64,000 nucleotides of DNA from contig OZ360254.1 in assembly GCA_977017645.1 (NCBI GenBank), positions 30,318,001-30,382,000 on the forward strand, read 5' to 3'. Positions 50,146-62,974 of the stretch are shown here, piece after piece; within the stretch, counting starts at the first letter, position 1; every line of letters begins with the position of its first letter. This DNA comes from Torpedo marmorata. Its lineage: Eukaryota. A program made the position numbers and the translations under genes. The notes beneath the pieces are model-generated. The model saw only the letters and a program-made list of their open reading frames with translations. It was not told the origin of the DNA and made no database searches.

Positions 50146-51322
50146 TTAAATATGATCATTTTTCTTGTGACATTTTTGTATAAGAATTGTGACACTGATG
50201 TTCAATGTGCCATCTGAAAATATAAAACTGATCAAAGGTCACAGAAAAATGCCTTTAAATCTTGCAACAGCTTCGTAACAATATTAATGAAACGTGCAAA
50301 GTTCTGTGTAAAGGAGTTAATACTGGCAGTGCAGAGCTCCAGTGTGTTAATCGGAGTTCAATAAGAGAGCTATTCTTTAGCAGACAAGCACCACGTGTTA
50401 CTGTAAAGAAACTAATCCTCTTATAATAATCTGCTCTTGGTTTCAAGGTTAAAATATGCCATACGTTGTGCATAAAGATGACAAATTAATTAACAGATCT
50501 AAACATTTGAAGAAAAATGTTACAGAAGGGAGAAGCAATCAGTGAACTGTTGAGAGTTTAAAAAGTCATCACTGACAGAATCAGAATTTATTGTCATGAA
50601 ATTCGGTGTTTTGCGGCAGAATCATAGTGCAAACATTCATACCATCTTACGACATTACTATAAAAATATATATAAATAATAGTACACGAAAAGTAAGGCA
50701 GTGTCTTTGGTTCATTGATCGCGATTGAATTTTACTGCAAATTTGTCCACACCGGTCAGGTAAAATTTGCAACACAAGAGAACCCGGTGTCAAAGGAGAT
50801 TGAGATTTTATTTGCTAAATATGTACCAATTTCCAGAATACATCAATTTGTATCACATCTTTCTAACCAGGTAATTCTAATTCACTTGGAGTAGGTAAGT
50901 AGTTTAAAGGAGAAGGTCTCAGGCCCGAAACGTCGGTTATATATCTTCACCTCCTATGGACACTGCGAGACCTGCTCCAGCATTTCTGTGTTTTTACTAC
51001 GATCAAAGCGTCTGCAGACTTTCGTGTTTCACTTTAAAGGAGAATTGGAATTGGCTGTACATTTCAGACCAGTCTTCCTTGCTGATAGATGCCACTGCCT
51101 CCAATTTTGGCCTGGTGCTTTCTCAGTGAGTATGCTTCTCAGGTTATTAACTATCTCACTGCCGCAGGTTCCCAAAAACAGAAAGGGGCCGTGGTTAAAG
51201 CTGTGTTCTCGATATCTTGTCAGTGATGGCACAAAGGACAGCTAGCACCTCTCCTGCTGTAAAAAGGTTTCCAAATAAGGTTGAAAAAAAATGCCACAGT
51301 GTTGAGCTGCCAATTTCATATA

Positions 51323-51860
51323 CAGTAGAAGTCCAAAAATCCAGATGCCAGAAATCTGGACCACCCGAGAATCTGGACTTTTCGAAAACTCTCAACCTTT
51401 TAAAATTTAGCGGGATTTTGTGTGTGTGCGTGCATAAGCGCCACAGATGCATAACAGCAACCATAGAAAGCATACGTATTTACAAACCCACAATAATGGA
51501 TCCTAAAGTAGATAAACTTTGCGGTATGAAGGGAAAGAACACATTGAAAGTGAGAGACAAACTTGAACTAATTAAGAAACTAGAACGTGGTGTGAGCAAT
51601 ACTGTTCTAATGGAAACATACGACATCGGAAAGTCTACAATTTACGATATAAAAAAAGGCTACTGCAATAAAGTCCATGGAAACGGTTATTAAATTTGTG
51701 GAACAGAACCAGAGATCCAGTCTTCAAGACGTCATGGTGCAGAATAATCTTATCACAAAGAAATTACAAAGTCGTAAACAAGGTAATATACGAAAGTATT
51801 TAAAGAAAGCAATAGAAGTGTGCAGTAGAAGCTGCAAGTGTTTCAATCTGCAAGATTTGA
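51323..51860 (+). mobile_element. Tigger/pogo-family deletion derivative
   Basis: TA-CAGTAGAA left end; KNTLKVRDKLELIKKLERGVS..YDIGKSTIYDIKK is a CENP-B/psq-type HTH; right end not identified. Confidence 0.7.
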
Positions 51861-52097
51861 AAACGATTGCAATGTTCTTGAAGGTTTACATGGTTGAAAG
51901 GCTCACTACGAAAATTTTAGTGCAATTGGAATTTTTTGTGACACTCAATAACTACTTCTCCATAAACATAAGCATGTGGAAAACATTTCAAGCCAAAAGG
52001 AATGATGAAAAGGACTTTAAAACATCTCCATTTAGTTAATGCACAAAGTAATATAACTACACTTGTGTGCAATGCATTTTTTGAATAAAATGCCTAC

Positions 52098-52203
52098 CAT
52101 AATATTGTTTCTTGGCATCATTTGCAAGTTGGACAGCAAGTGTTAAACCAATTCCAGACGAGCATCCTGTAATCAATACAACCTTTTGCCCATCGTCGGC
52201 CAT
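52098..52203 (-). CDS. RDH8: RDH8 first identified coding exon: MADDGQKVVLITGCSSGIGLTLAVQLANDAKKQYY
   Basis: ATG at 52203, SDR Rossmann motif TGCSSGIG, donor G|GTAGGC. Confidence 0.92.
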
Positions 52204-52319
52204 CGGTGCTTCAGCTGTAGAGCAAGTGAGAATAATGAGCACTCAAAGCTGATCAGTCACGTTGCACAGTGAGCTGCTAATAAGCGCACATACAAGGACA
52301 GTGAGGGTGGGGACAGCCA

Positions 52320-55300
52320 GCCTCAGATAACTAAGGAAATAAAGGAAGGCATCAGACTTGAAGCTTGTGCGTACAAAGTCGCCAAGAGAAGAGGGAAACT
52401 AGAAGATTGGGAAAGCTTTAAAAAGCGAGCAATAAAGAGAAGGAAGATAGACTATGAAATAAGGTTAGCACAAAATATAAAAACGGACAGTAAAAGTTTT
52501 TATAATTATGTAAAGTGCAAAAGGGTGGCTAAAGTGAAGGTTGTTGGTCCCTTGGAGGACGAGAAGGTGGAATTGACATTGGGCAATGAGGAAATGGCTG
52601 AGGCTTTGAATGACTATTTTGTGTTGCTATTCACGGTGGAGGACACGTCCACCATGCCAAAGACAGATGTTATGGTTGTGATGGGAGGTGAGGACCTGGA
52701 TGCAGTAGTTATCACTAAAGAGGTAGTACTGAGAAAACTTGAGGGTCTAAAGATAGATAAGTTCCCTGGTCCTGACGGAATGCATCCCAGGATACTGAAA
52801 GAAAAGGCAGAAGTTATAGTCGAGGCTTTGGTGATAATTTACCAAAATTCTCTGGACTCTCGGCAGGTCCCGGTGGATTGGAAGACGGTGAATGTCATTC
52901 CACTATTCAAAAAAGGATGTAGGCAAAAGGCAGGGAACAATAAGCCAGTTAGTTTAACATCTGTAGTTGGGAAAATGCTTGAAGCTATCAAAGAAGAAAT
53001 AGTGAGGCATTTGGAGCGAAATGGATCCATCAGGCAGATGCAGCATGGATTCAGCAAAGACAAGTCCTTTGACAAACTTACTGGAGTTCTTTGAGGATAT
53101 AACGAGCATGGTAGATAGAGGGGAACAGATGGACATTGTTTACCCGGATTTCCAGAAGGTGTTCGATAAGTTTCCGCAGAAAAGATTTGTACACAAAAGA
53201 ATGCAGAGAGTAGGGGGTGATGTATTAGTATGGATAGAGGATTGGTTAACCAATAGAAAGCAGAGAGTTGGGATACAGGGGTGTTTTTCTGGTTGGCAGT
53301 CAGTGGTGAGCGGGGTGCCGCAGGGGTCGGTGCTAGGCCCGCAACTGTTCACGATCTACATAAACGATCTGGAAGAGGGGACAGAGTGTAGTGTATCTAA
53401 GTTTACTGATGACACTAAATTGAATGGGAAAGCAAATTCTGCAGAGGATGCGGAAAGTCTGCAGAGAGATATCGATAGGTTAAGTGAGTGGGCAAGGGTC
53501 TGGCAGATGGAGTACAATGTTGGTAAATGTGAGGTTATTCACTTTGGAAAGAAAAATGGAAGATCAGATTATTATTTAAATGGCAAGCAATTGCAGTATG
53601 CTGCCGTGCAGAAGGACTTGGGAGTGCTTGTGCATGCATCGCAAAAGGTTGGTTTGCAGGTGCAGCAGGCTATCAGAAAGGCAAATGGAATGTTGGCCTT
53701 CATTGCTAGAGGGATTGAATTTAGGAGCAGGGAGGTTATGCTGCAACTGTACAAGGTACTGGTGAGGCCGCATCTGGAGTACTGCGTACAATTCTGGTCT
53801 CCTTTACTTGAGGAAGGAAGTGCTGGCTTTGGAGGCGGTGCAGAGGAGGTTCACCAGGTTGATTCCAGAGGTGAGGGATTAGCCTATGAGAGATTGAGTC
53901 GTCTCAGATTGTACTTGCTGGAATTTAGAAGAACGAGAAGGAATCTTATAGAAACGTATAAAATTATGAAAGGCATAGATAAGATAGAGGTAGGCAAGTT
54001 GTTTCCATTAGTGGGGCAGACTAGAACTGGGGGACATAGCCTCAAGATTCAGGGTAGTAGATTTAGGATGGAGATGAGGAGGAACGGCTTTTCCCCAGAG
54101 GGTGATGAATCTGTGGAATTCACTGCCCATTGAAGCAGTGGAGGCGACCTCAGTAAATATATTTAACCATATAACTTTTACAGCACAGAAACAGGCCAGT
54201 TCGGCCCTTCTAGTCCATGCTGAACACATTCTCCCACCTAGTCCCACTGACCCGCACCCGGCCCATAACCCTCCACACCTCTCTCGTCCATATAACTATC
54301 CAACTTTTCCTTAAACATTAAAATTGAACCTGCATCTACCACTTCAGCCGGAAGCTCGTTCCAACCTCCTACCACCCTCTGAGTGAAGAAATTCCCCCTC
54401 ATGTTTCCTCTTAACTTTTCCCCCTTCAATCTCAACCCATGCCCTCTTGTTTGAATCTTCCCCACTCTCAATGGAAAAAGCCTGTCCACATTGACTCTAT
54501 CTTTCCCCTTCATAATTTTAAATACCTCTATCAAATCACCCCTCAACCTTCTACGCTCCAGGGAATAAAGTCCCAGCCTGTTCAACCTTTCCCTATAACT
54601 CAAACCCAGAAACCCAGGCAACATTCTTGTAAATCTCCTCTGCACTCTCTCTATTCTGTTTATATCCTTCCTGTAATTCGGCGACCAAAACTGTGCACAA
54701 TATTCCAAATTTGGCCTCACCAATGCCTTATACAACTTCAACATGACATCCCAACTCCTATATTCAATGCTCTGATTTATGAAGGCCAACATACCAAATG
54801 CTTTCTTCACCACCCTATCTACGTGTGACTCAACTTTCAGGGAATTATGTACGAGAATTCCTAAATCCCTCTGTTCTACTGCACTTCTCAATTGTCTTCC
54901 ATTTAACATGTATGACCTTTGCTGATTAATCCTACCAAAATGTAGCACTTCACATTTATCAGTATTAAATTCCATCTGCCATGTTTCCGCCCACTCTTCT
55001 AACTGTCCTATATCCCCCTGTAAGCTTTGATATCCCTCTTCACTGTCCACAACACCACCAATCTTCGTATCTTCTGCATACTTACTAATCCAATTTACCA
55101 CCCTATCATCTAGATCATTAATGACAAACAACAATGGACCCAGTACCAATCCCTGAGGCACTCCACTGGTCACCGGCCTCCAATTTGACAAACAATTTTC
55201 CACCACTACTCTCTGGCACCTCCTATCCAACCATTGTTGAATCCATTTCACTACTTCGTCGTTAATACCTAATGCTTGAACCTTCCTAACGAGCCTCTTA

Positions 55301-55577
55301 TGCGGAACCTTGTCAAATGCCTTACTAAAGTCCATATAGACAACATCCACAGCCTTCCCCTCGTCAACCCTCTGAGTAACCTCATCGAAAAACTCTATGA
55401 GATTTGTCATAAGACAAGGTTGGACAGATTTTTACATAGTAGGAGAATTAAGGGATATGGGGAAAAGGCAGGTAGGTGGAGATGAGCCTATCATCAGATC
55501 AGTCATGATCTCACTGAATGGCGGAGCAGGCTCGACGGGCCGGATGGCCTACTCCTGCCCCTATTTCTTATGTTCTT
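52320..55577 (+). mobile_element. CR1 LINE ORF2 fragment (disrupted), interrupted at about 54166-55408
   Basis: ORFs 52525..53094 and 53021..54133 with RT motifs; the tail resumes at about 55409. Confidence 0.9.
54166..55400 (-). mobile_element. Young 5'-truncated CR1 nested in the older CR1
   Basis: Open 390-aa frame (54238..55410) nearly identical to 30470-31643; RT motif reads YAED. Confidence 0.92.
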
Positions 55578-56279
55578 GTTTTCTTTTGGTGTAATCTACG
55601 ACGGCAAGATTTGTGTAGTATTTAGCAGATGTTGCTTAATCTTCAGCAGAAACTAAAATACACTAACTTCCACAACCACAGGGCAACCAAAAATGTTTTA
55701 TGTTCCATTAACTGAGGGGTAGTCATGGTTATAACATTAGAATCACTACAGTTTATTTATACGCAGGATGGTATGGTTAGCGCGACGCTGTTACAGCGCC
55801 AGCAACCCAGGTTCAAATCCACTATCTGTAAGGAGTTTGTACGTCCTCTCCTTATCTGCATGGGTTTTCCCCGGGTGCAGAGCTGTAGGTTAATTCAGGT
55901 GTAATTGGGCGGCACGGGTTTAAATGGCCGGAATCGGCTTCTACCGTGCTGTAAATAAACTTTTAAAATTTAAATCAATCAATAACCAGAGATCAATGAT
56001 CTGGTGGAGCAAATCAATGACTTTGGGCTGGTGGATGAAATACCAATCAGACTGGCTGACATGTAATACAGTGTCAGAGCTGCAATCGTTCTGAAGTGGA
56101 GACTACTCCATCGCCCTCGTGACTTGTAAGTGGTGGAAAGCCTTTGGTGTCCGGAGCTGAACCATTTGGCTTCGGGGTACTCAGCCTATAACCTGCTCTG
56201 TCATAGTGTCGCTAATACAGGTGTGTGTTGTGGTCAGATGTTGATGGTAGCAGACTTAGCAATTGTAACATTCAGGGAG

Positions 56280-56850
56280 TTACACTTTTGTCAGAGATGG
56301 CAAAGAAGGCTCGCCAGCGGCTATACTTTGTGAGGTGTCTGAGGAGATTCAGTACGTCACCGAAGACTCTCGTAAACTTCTACAGGTGTACCGTGGAGAG
56401 CATTCTGGCTGGTTGCATCACTGCCTGGTATGGAGGCACCAACTCTCAGGACAAGAGTAAACTCCAGAGGGTTGTTAACTCGGCCTGTGACATCACAGGC
56501 ACCAGACTTCACTCCATCGAGGACATCTACATGAGGCGGTGTCTTAAAAAAGCAGCCTCTGTCCTCAAAGACCCCCACCACCCAGGCCATGCCCTCTTCA
56601 CTCTGCTCCCATCGGGAAAAAGGTACAGGAGCCTAAAGACGAGTACTCAACGGCACAAGGACAGCTTCTTCCCCGCTGCCATCAGATTCCTGAATAATCA
56701 ATGAACCAAAGACACTGCCTTACTTTTCATGTCCTATTATTTATAATTTTTATAATGTCGTAAGATAGTTAATATGAATGTGAATTGCACTATGATGCTG
56801 CCGCAAAACACTGAAAATCATGACTTGTTCATGATAATAAATTCTGATCC
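56280..56850 (+). mobile_element. Rex1/Babar 3' fragment
   Basis: KKARQRLYF..NFYRCTVESIL..KDPHHPGH..LPSGKRYRS; tail also at 3308-3528, 25830-25933, 50577-50717. Confidence 0.88.
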
Positions 56851-57510
56851 TACTTGCCTCTTATGTCGCCTTCCTGATTGTCAGCATGGATCATTTGCTG
56901 AGAATTGAACAACCCCACTTCTTACCTTGCATTGGAGGGAAGGACAAAGCATCTGAAGGTCATTGGGCTGTTGTGGAACTCCTGCGGCGATATCCTGGGA
57001 CTGGAATGATCGACCTTCGAAAACCATCTTCCTGTGTGAGGTCTGACTCAGCCAATGGAGCATTTTCTCCTGTTGGCGTGGACAGACTCCCTACCATCAC
57101 CTCCGGTATCCTGCTCGTTGATCCATGTTTGACCCGAGATCTGGAGCCACGTGGTTCTGGCAAAACCCAAATGTGCAGAATTTCGCACAATCCTCGGGTG
57201 GGGAAACTCAACAATGCCCAAATCTTCCCAGGAGAAAACCAGGAGGCACAAGGCAGGAGCACGATGAAGCGACTGCTGGTCGGAAGTGGATCGACAGCAC
57301 GAACTTGGGCCTAGCCCAGCCATTCTCAACGGGGCCACACGGCTCCCCTGGGGCCACAGCACATTTAAGGGGGGCAGGGACCGAAATCATGAAATACTTA
57401 TTATGTAGTCGGTAGGAGTACGGAAGAAACCAACTAAACTTAACTGCTTCACAGGGAAGGGTGCCCATAAACTTAAAGCAGATTTCTCAGCCAAAAAAAG
57501 GTTGAGAATG

Positions 57511-57972
57511 TCAAAACACAACGCTGGAGAAACTCTGCAGGTCAAACAGCGTACTTTATATAGCAAAGATAAAGATACATAACCAGCGTTTTGGGCTTGA
57601 GCCCTTCATCAAGTTATGAGCAAAATGTAGGCAGGCGCCCGAACAAAATGGTGGGGGGGGGAGGAGCACAGTCCCACAGGCAGGAGGTAAAATAGGTGGA
57701 TAAGGGAGGGAGGGCACGGCAGCAAACAAGGGGAGGAGGGATGGCTCTGTGAATGGAGAGGGAAGGGGGTGGAGAGCTGGAGGAAAGACAGAGGGATGGG
57801 GAAGAGAGAGAGAAAAAATGGAGTAGAATAGCAGAAACTGGAGAAGTCGATGTTAATGCCGTCCGGTTGGAGAGTGCCCAGATGGAAAATTAGGTGTTGC
57901 TGCTCCAATTTACGGGTGGTCTTGGTTTGGCAGTGCACAAGGCCATGGACGGACATGTCGGCGCAGGAGTGG
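57511..57972 (-). mobile_element. Penelope-like 3' fragment inserted in a hAT MITE TIR
   Basis: DMSVHGL..RKLEQQHLIFHLGTLQPDGINIDFS; 15-bp duplication AAAAGGTTGAGAATG at 57496-57510 and 57973-57987. Confidence 0.85.
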
Positions 57973-58352
57973 AAAAGGTTGAGAATGGCTGGTCTCGCCC
58001 ACCATCCAAAAATCTGAGGACTCTCGGGGGGCTGATTTAGTGTCTTCCAAACCAAGGTGGCTGGGGGACTTATTTGAGCAGAGGTCAACTGTCACTCAAA
58101 TGACAAATTCACGAAGGAACTTTCCCCGACCACCACAGGGAACTGACACGGAGTAGCTTATTATCAGTGCCCTCTGAACGCTCAGCACACAAAGACTGAA
58201 AGTGTTAACAAATCATCTCAATTGCTGGGAAATCCCACCTGGATGACTGATGTCCAGCAACAGAGCCAATAACAACCTCACTCTTAAATAGGGATTTAAG
58301 GCATCAGATAGTGACAGAAACAGGCTTACACACAATCCATGAGGAACACGAT

Positions 58353-59196
58353 TGTTATGGACCATGACTGACCATTTGGACTGCGGATGGTCAGCAGGAA
58401 GGATGAAATCTTTTGGAGTACACACTGGGACCAGGTACTGAAAGAGTTAACTTGCCCAGGACTTGCTGTACTCAGAGAGAGAGACACAGGCTGTGGAAAG
58501 ATACTTTGTTGCACTTTTGCAAAAGCAGGTGCAAATCTCTGCAAAAAGCATTCAGATTCAGTTTGGAGTTGCAAGAGGCTGGAAGAACACAGCCAAAATC
58601 CAGGCTTGTGCATCCCAGGGGAAAAGGCTGGGAGAATAGCACATGGCCTCCTGTATCAGCAACATCCTGAGTTAAAACAACTTTCGTGGAGAACAGGCGT
58701 GAGATCAGCGAGACAGGCTGTGAGATCCAAGTATACGCCTCAATCAAAACTGATTTGGAATCGCAATCCTCGTGTACCTACCAAAAGGGAAAGTCATCAG
58801 GGAAGAAAAGCAGGCCAAGCATTCGTAAGCTTAAACAGTTATTGTCTCTCTCTCTAACGTTCATTAAGAAGTCCTTCGTGCCAGCACACAGAGCTGAATT
58901 TGGACCCTGAACGTAGAGAGTGATTTTTGTGGACTGTATTTTTGGGAATGACTTATTTTTATGACTGACCTGGGGGTTTTGGGGAAGGTTTTCCATTTTT
59001 ACATGAGGGTTGGGCACAGACTGTAATGGTCTGGGCTTTACACACACACACTCTAGATAAGAATAGTGTTTATAGACGTTTATAGTGGGGTTAATTGTTA
59101 AGAAATTATATGTTTAATTGTTTTTAATAAATATAAATTTCAATTTTACCCCCTTTGCATTGCGTCTTCTGTCGTTGCTGGTTTGAGTTTGTAACA
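58353..59196 (+). mobile_element. Solo LTR (Ty3/Gypsy-like), 844 bp
   Basis: TGTTAT...GTAACA ends, perfect 4-bp TSD CGAT, AATAAA at 59126-59131. Confidence 0.8.
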
Positions 59197-59274
59197 CGAT
59201 ATTAAAACTTCATTTCACTCAATGAGGTACAATTACTCTGGTCAACAGATCTTTGGGCTAGTTTAAAAAATTAA

Positions 59275-60081
59275 CACTGCACAACGAAGATTTTGCTTCC
59301 TGAACACCTTTGGGTGTATTTTAGGGACTTAAATTTAGACATACAGCACAGTAACAGGCCCTTTCGGCCCAATTACACCCGATTGACCTGCACCCCTGAC
59401 ATATTTTGAAAAGGTGGGAGGAAACCGGAGCCCCCGGGGAGAACTTAAACTCCTTATAGACAGTGTAGGATTCGAACCCCGGCCCCGATCACTGGCACTG
59501 TAACAGTGTTACGCTAACCATGCCGCCCACAAAAATCACCTAAAAAAATTCCTATCACGTGCCTTTTTTTTTTAAAGATACAACCTATTTTTGTGATTTC
59601 CTGTCATATTTTACGTTTACTTCAAGCATACAAAACCATGAAGTGCAACATGTCATTGAAAATTCATTTTCTGCATTCGCACTTGGACTTCTTCCCTGCT
59701 GATCTCGGTGCAGTCAGTGACGAACATGGTGAAAGGTTTCACCGGGACATTGCGACCATGGAAAAGCGGTATCAGGGCAACTGGAATCCATCAGTGCTGG
59801 CCGACTATTGTTGGATACTGACATGAGGGGCATCAGATGCTGAGTACAAACGAAAATCAGCGGTATAACATATTTAGGTCAGTTGAGCTAACGCAATGTG
59901 TCAGCATCATTATGCGATTAAACATGCTAAATTCAATAAAAGTTAATTTAATGTTTCTCCAACTTCCTACGTGATACAGCAAATCTGAAATTATCTTTGT
60001 GTTCAGCTTGAAGTTGTCTATCATAATCCCTAATTTTTTTTTTCAGGAAGCAAAACTTTTGAAAAAGATTGTTGCCCAGTG
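59275..60081 (+). mobile_element. Chapaev3 non-autonomous element with a SINE inserted at about 59328-59528
   Basis: CACTG..CAGTG termini, TAA/TAA TSD, transposase remnant ORF 59593..59826. Confidence 0.87.
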
Positions 60082-60487
60082 TAATCATATGGTTTAAATC
60101 CGACTGCATCTCACTGTCCTTGTTCAACGACCGATCTAACTCCACACACTGAGCGAACCAAGCTTCTCGATCCAAAATTCTTGTCCGTGTATTTTGATAC
60201 ATCTTTCAGAAAAATGCCCAGGAAACTTTTTTTTTTTTTTTTAAATTTGACAATTAGCTCAAATCATGTCCAGACAAAAGACATTTTGTTAATCACAGGA
60301 TTTCTTAGAGCAACACTTTCCCCATTTTAAACATCACAATCATTTGAACACCACTTATCACCAAATCAACACAGGCGTTATTTTAAAGAGGAAAGATTTT
60401 GGATTTTTTCATTAAAATGTTTGCAATATGCAAAGTTAGGACAAGTGCTTCCGTGCATATAACAGTACATTCATTAATACATTATAT

Positions 60488-61689
60488 GAGGGGTGACCAA
60501 ACTACGGCCCCTGGGCCAACTGTGGCCCGTTGCCCATTTTTAAAAGTGGCCCAGGGTGAATTTTAAAAATAAAATGGAATATGGCCCATTAGAACATAAC
60601 AATAAATAGCACTGTATGTACATTGCACTACTTGGTTTCAGCACTAGAGGTCGCTGCCATTTTGAACAACTAGACCGACCGTTGCTATGTTACTCAGCGA
60701 TGAAAACGTTTACCTCAGTTGATTAAACATGGCTGAACCGAAAAGACAGAAAATTAAAGGAAATGCCGAAAATTTCAGACACGGTGGGAAAATGAATACT
60801 TTTTCACAGAAGTCAAGGGGAAGTGTGTTTGTTTGATTTGCAAGGAATCTGTTAACTTTAATAGCCTATCGACAGATTTACACATTGCATCATGATCATT
60901 AAGGTGGACACTTGGGCCACGAACTGTATTCACTGAGAGTTGTGGAGGAATGTTGGAGACTGTCTTGTCCCTTTCTTGATCTTTTCTCTGGTTCTTATTT
61001 TGCACCCAGATTTTTATTTTGCACTGTTTTTTTGAATGAGAGTTTGAAAGAGTTTAATTGTATTCATTTACATGAAAGAGCATCAGATACAGAAATGTCT
61101 ACTGTAATATGTGAGCACATCAATAAACTACAGGTGCTCCCCTACTTACGATGGTCCGACTTACGATTTTTCGAAGTTACGATGGTTCGAATCCGTACTT
61201 TCAATTTTGAATTCCGATCTGTTCCCGCGCTTGCGATATGCGGTATGCTACTCTCTCGGGATGCTGGGCGGTGGCAGTATCGCGCGAGTGTATCGTACAG
61301 TATACTTCATGCCCAGTGTGCTTTCAGCTATGTATGTTAATGGTTTTTTCAGTGTGGAATAAAGGTATTTAAAATTTAATTATAAAAAATGGTAGGTGCG
61401 GTATTCTTTTTCGACTTACGATTTTTTCGACTTACGATGGGTTTGCCGGAACGTAGAAGTTGAGGAACACCTATACTGTAATGTCAACAGTTAAACTGTT
61501 CAGTAGTGTCATAGTTATTTTGATAGAAAATGAATTTTTGATGGCACAGGGGTTTTCTGGTCTAAAAACAGTTTTTCTTGCAGTGTAACTGGTTGAAAAC
61601 TGCCGGGCTTAATATTGTTTGGCCGGTGACTCCTTCTACAGGCATTTTTCTGTACGTGGCCCATAACCAAAATAGTTTGGCCACCCCTG
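60488..61689 (+). mobile_element. hAT-Charlie/SPIN-like deletion derivative with a nested Tigger-like MITE (about 61131-61473)
   Basis: AGGGGTG.CCAAACTA TIRs; frameshifted RKFQTRWENEYFFTEVKGKCVCLICKESV zinc-finger start at about 60730-60855; TSD CATTATAT/TGTTATAT. Confidence 0.8.
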
Positions 61690-62151
61690 TGTTATATCAT
61701 TCATTAGGTGTATCTTTCAGAGTACAAATCAACTTTAAAAGTGGTTTTAGCTGCAAGAGTGGACTGGTATCATATTTAGTAGCGTCCGTGATATTAGGAA
61801 ACAGCATCGCGATGTGTCCACTTTGGAGGTCACTATGCTGGGATGTGAATGTGCCATTTTATGGAGTGATTCCGGTTTGATTGTTAACTGATGATTTGGT
61901 TCACAGGAACATAGACGAGAAGACAGAGCCAAATGCAACAAAACTGGGAAAGATGCCAGACTAATTAAAAGAAAGCTCCGAAAAGGTAAATTTTAGGAAT
62001 GAAGGGATACTCAAAAGTTATTCGACTGGTATTGTGCAATGTTAATTTTTTTCTCCACCCTCTTTAGGGCAACTACATAAATCACCACCTAAAGGTTAAA
62101 TTGCCTCTTGAATTATGGATCTTATTCAAATGATGGAACTCCTGGTGGCTA

Positions 62152-62792
62152 CCGTACATGTCGGTAAACAAGACGACCCCCAGAATTTCCACTTAAATTT
62201 GAGCTATACTCGCTGTACAAGACTACCCCAAGTCTGGCACTTACCGCCGAGAGCTTACTGCCCCAATAGTCCTGGTAATTTCTGCGTTATTTTATTTTTC
62301 TGCCTCAGTACTATATTATACCGTTTATGAAGAAGTGAAAACTTTCCAAGAAACCCTGTCTTTAAAAGTACCGGTAAATGGTCACTGCGAGGTTTACTGT
62401 GATTGGCCTGACAAGGCCATGCAAACAAAACGCACCCTGGGACCCTGGCTGATTGTTTACTGTTCGTCAGCTGTTGCAAATGGAGACTGTTAGCTTCGTT
62501 TGCTGTGCTGTTATTTTATGGTATATTAGACAGGTTTATAAAATTTTTATTGTTTTAATGTAACATTACTATTAATCCAGCTTCCCAAATCCAAGTTTCA
62601 GTCAAAAAAAATTTAGTGGTAGGACCGTAGGAGTTATGCGAGTGTTTTATGCTGTTCTCCATTGCCATGGGGGATATTCTAAACCACAGGATATTAAGGT
62701 TTGGATTTTATACTTGGCGTACAAGACGACCCCCGGTTTTAGGGGTGACATTTTTAAGGTTCAAATACCGTCTTATACGCCGATATAGACGG
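62152..62792. mobile_element. Tc2/pogo-like non-autonomous DNA transposon
   Basis: TA-CCGTACATGTCGG..AAGACGAC and CGTCTT..CCGATATAGACGG-TA ends. Confidence 0.65.
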
Positions 62793-62974
62793 TAACTGTA
62801 ATAAGAACTGAGGCCACTGGAACAGACTGAAGTACTGGAAACACACAGGAAGATGTGGACGCTGGAATCTGAAGCTAAATAATCTGCTGGAGGAACTCAG
62901 CAGGTCGAGCAGCATCAGTGGGAAGATGATGTCAACGTTTCGAGCTGAAAATCTTTTGAGAAAGGGTCTCGATA

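Noticed and set aside
51217-52039. Domesticated TIGD/Jerky-like gene
   Set aside because: Only an N-terminal HTH and a short C-terminal remnant; no DDE domain, frameshifted.
39846-52203. HSD17B1 assignment
   Set aside because: [20 protein letters not shown] and the Cys/VxPx tail fit RDH8 better; phylogeny would be decisive.
58387-58857. 156-aa protein-coding ORF
   Set aside because: Lies wholly inside the solo LTR, with no recognisable domain.
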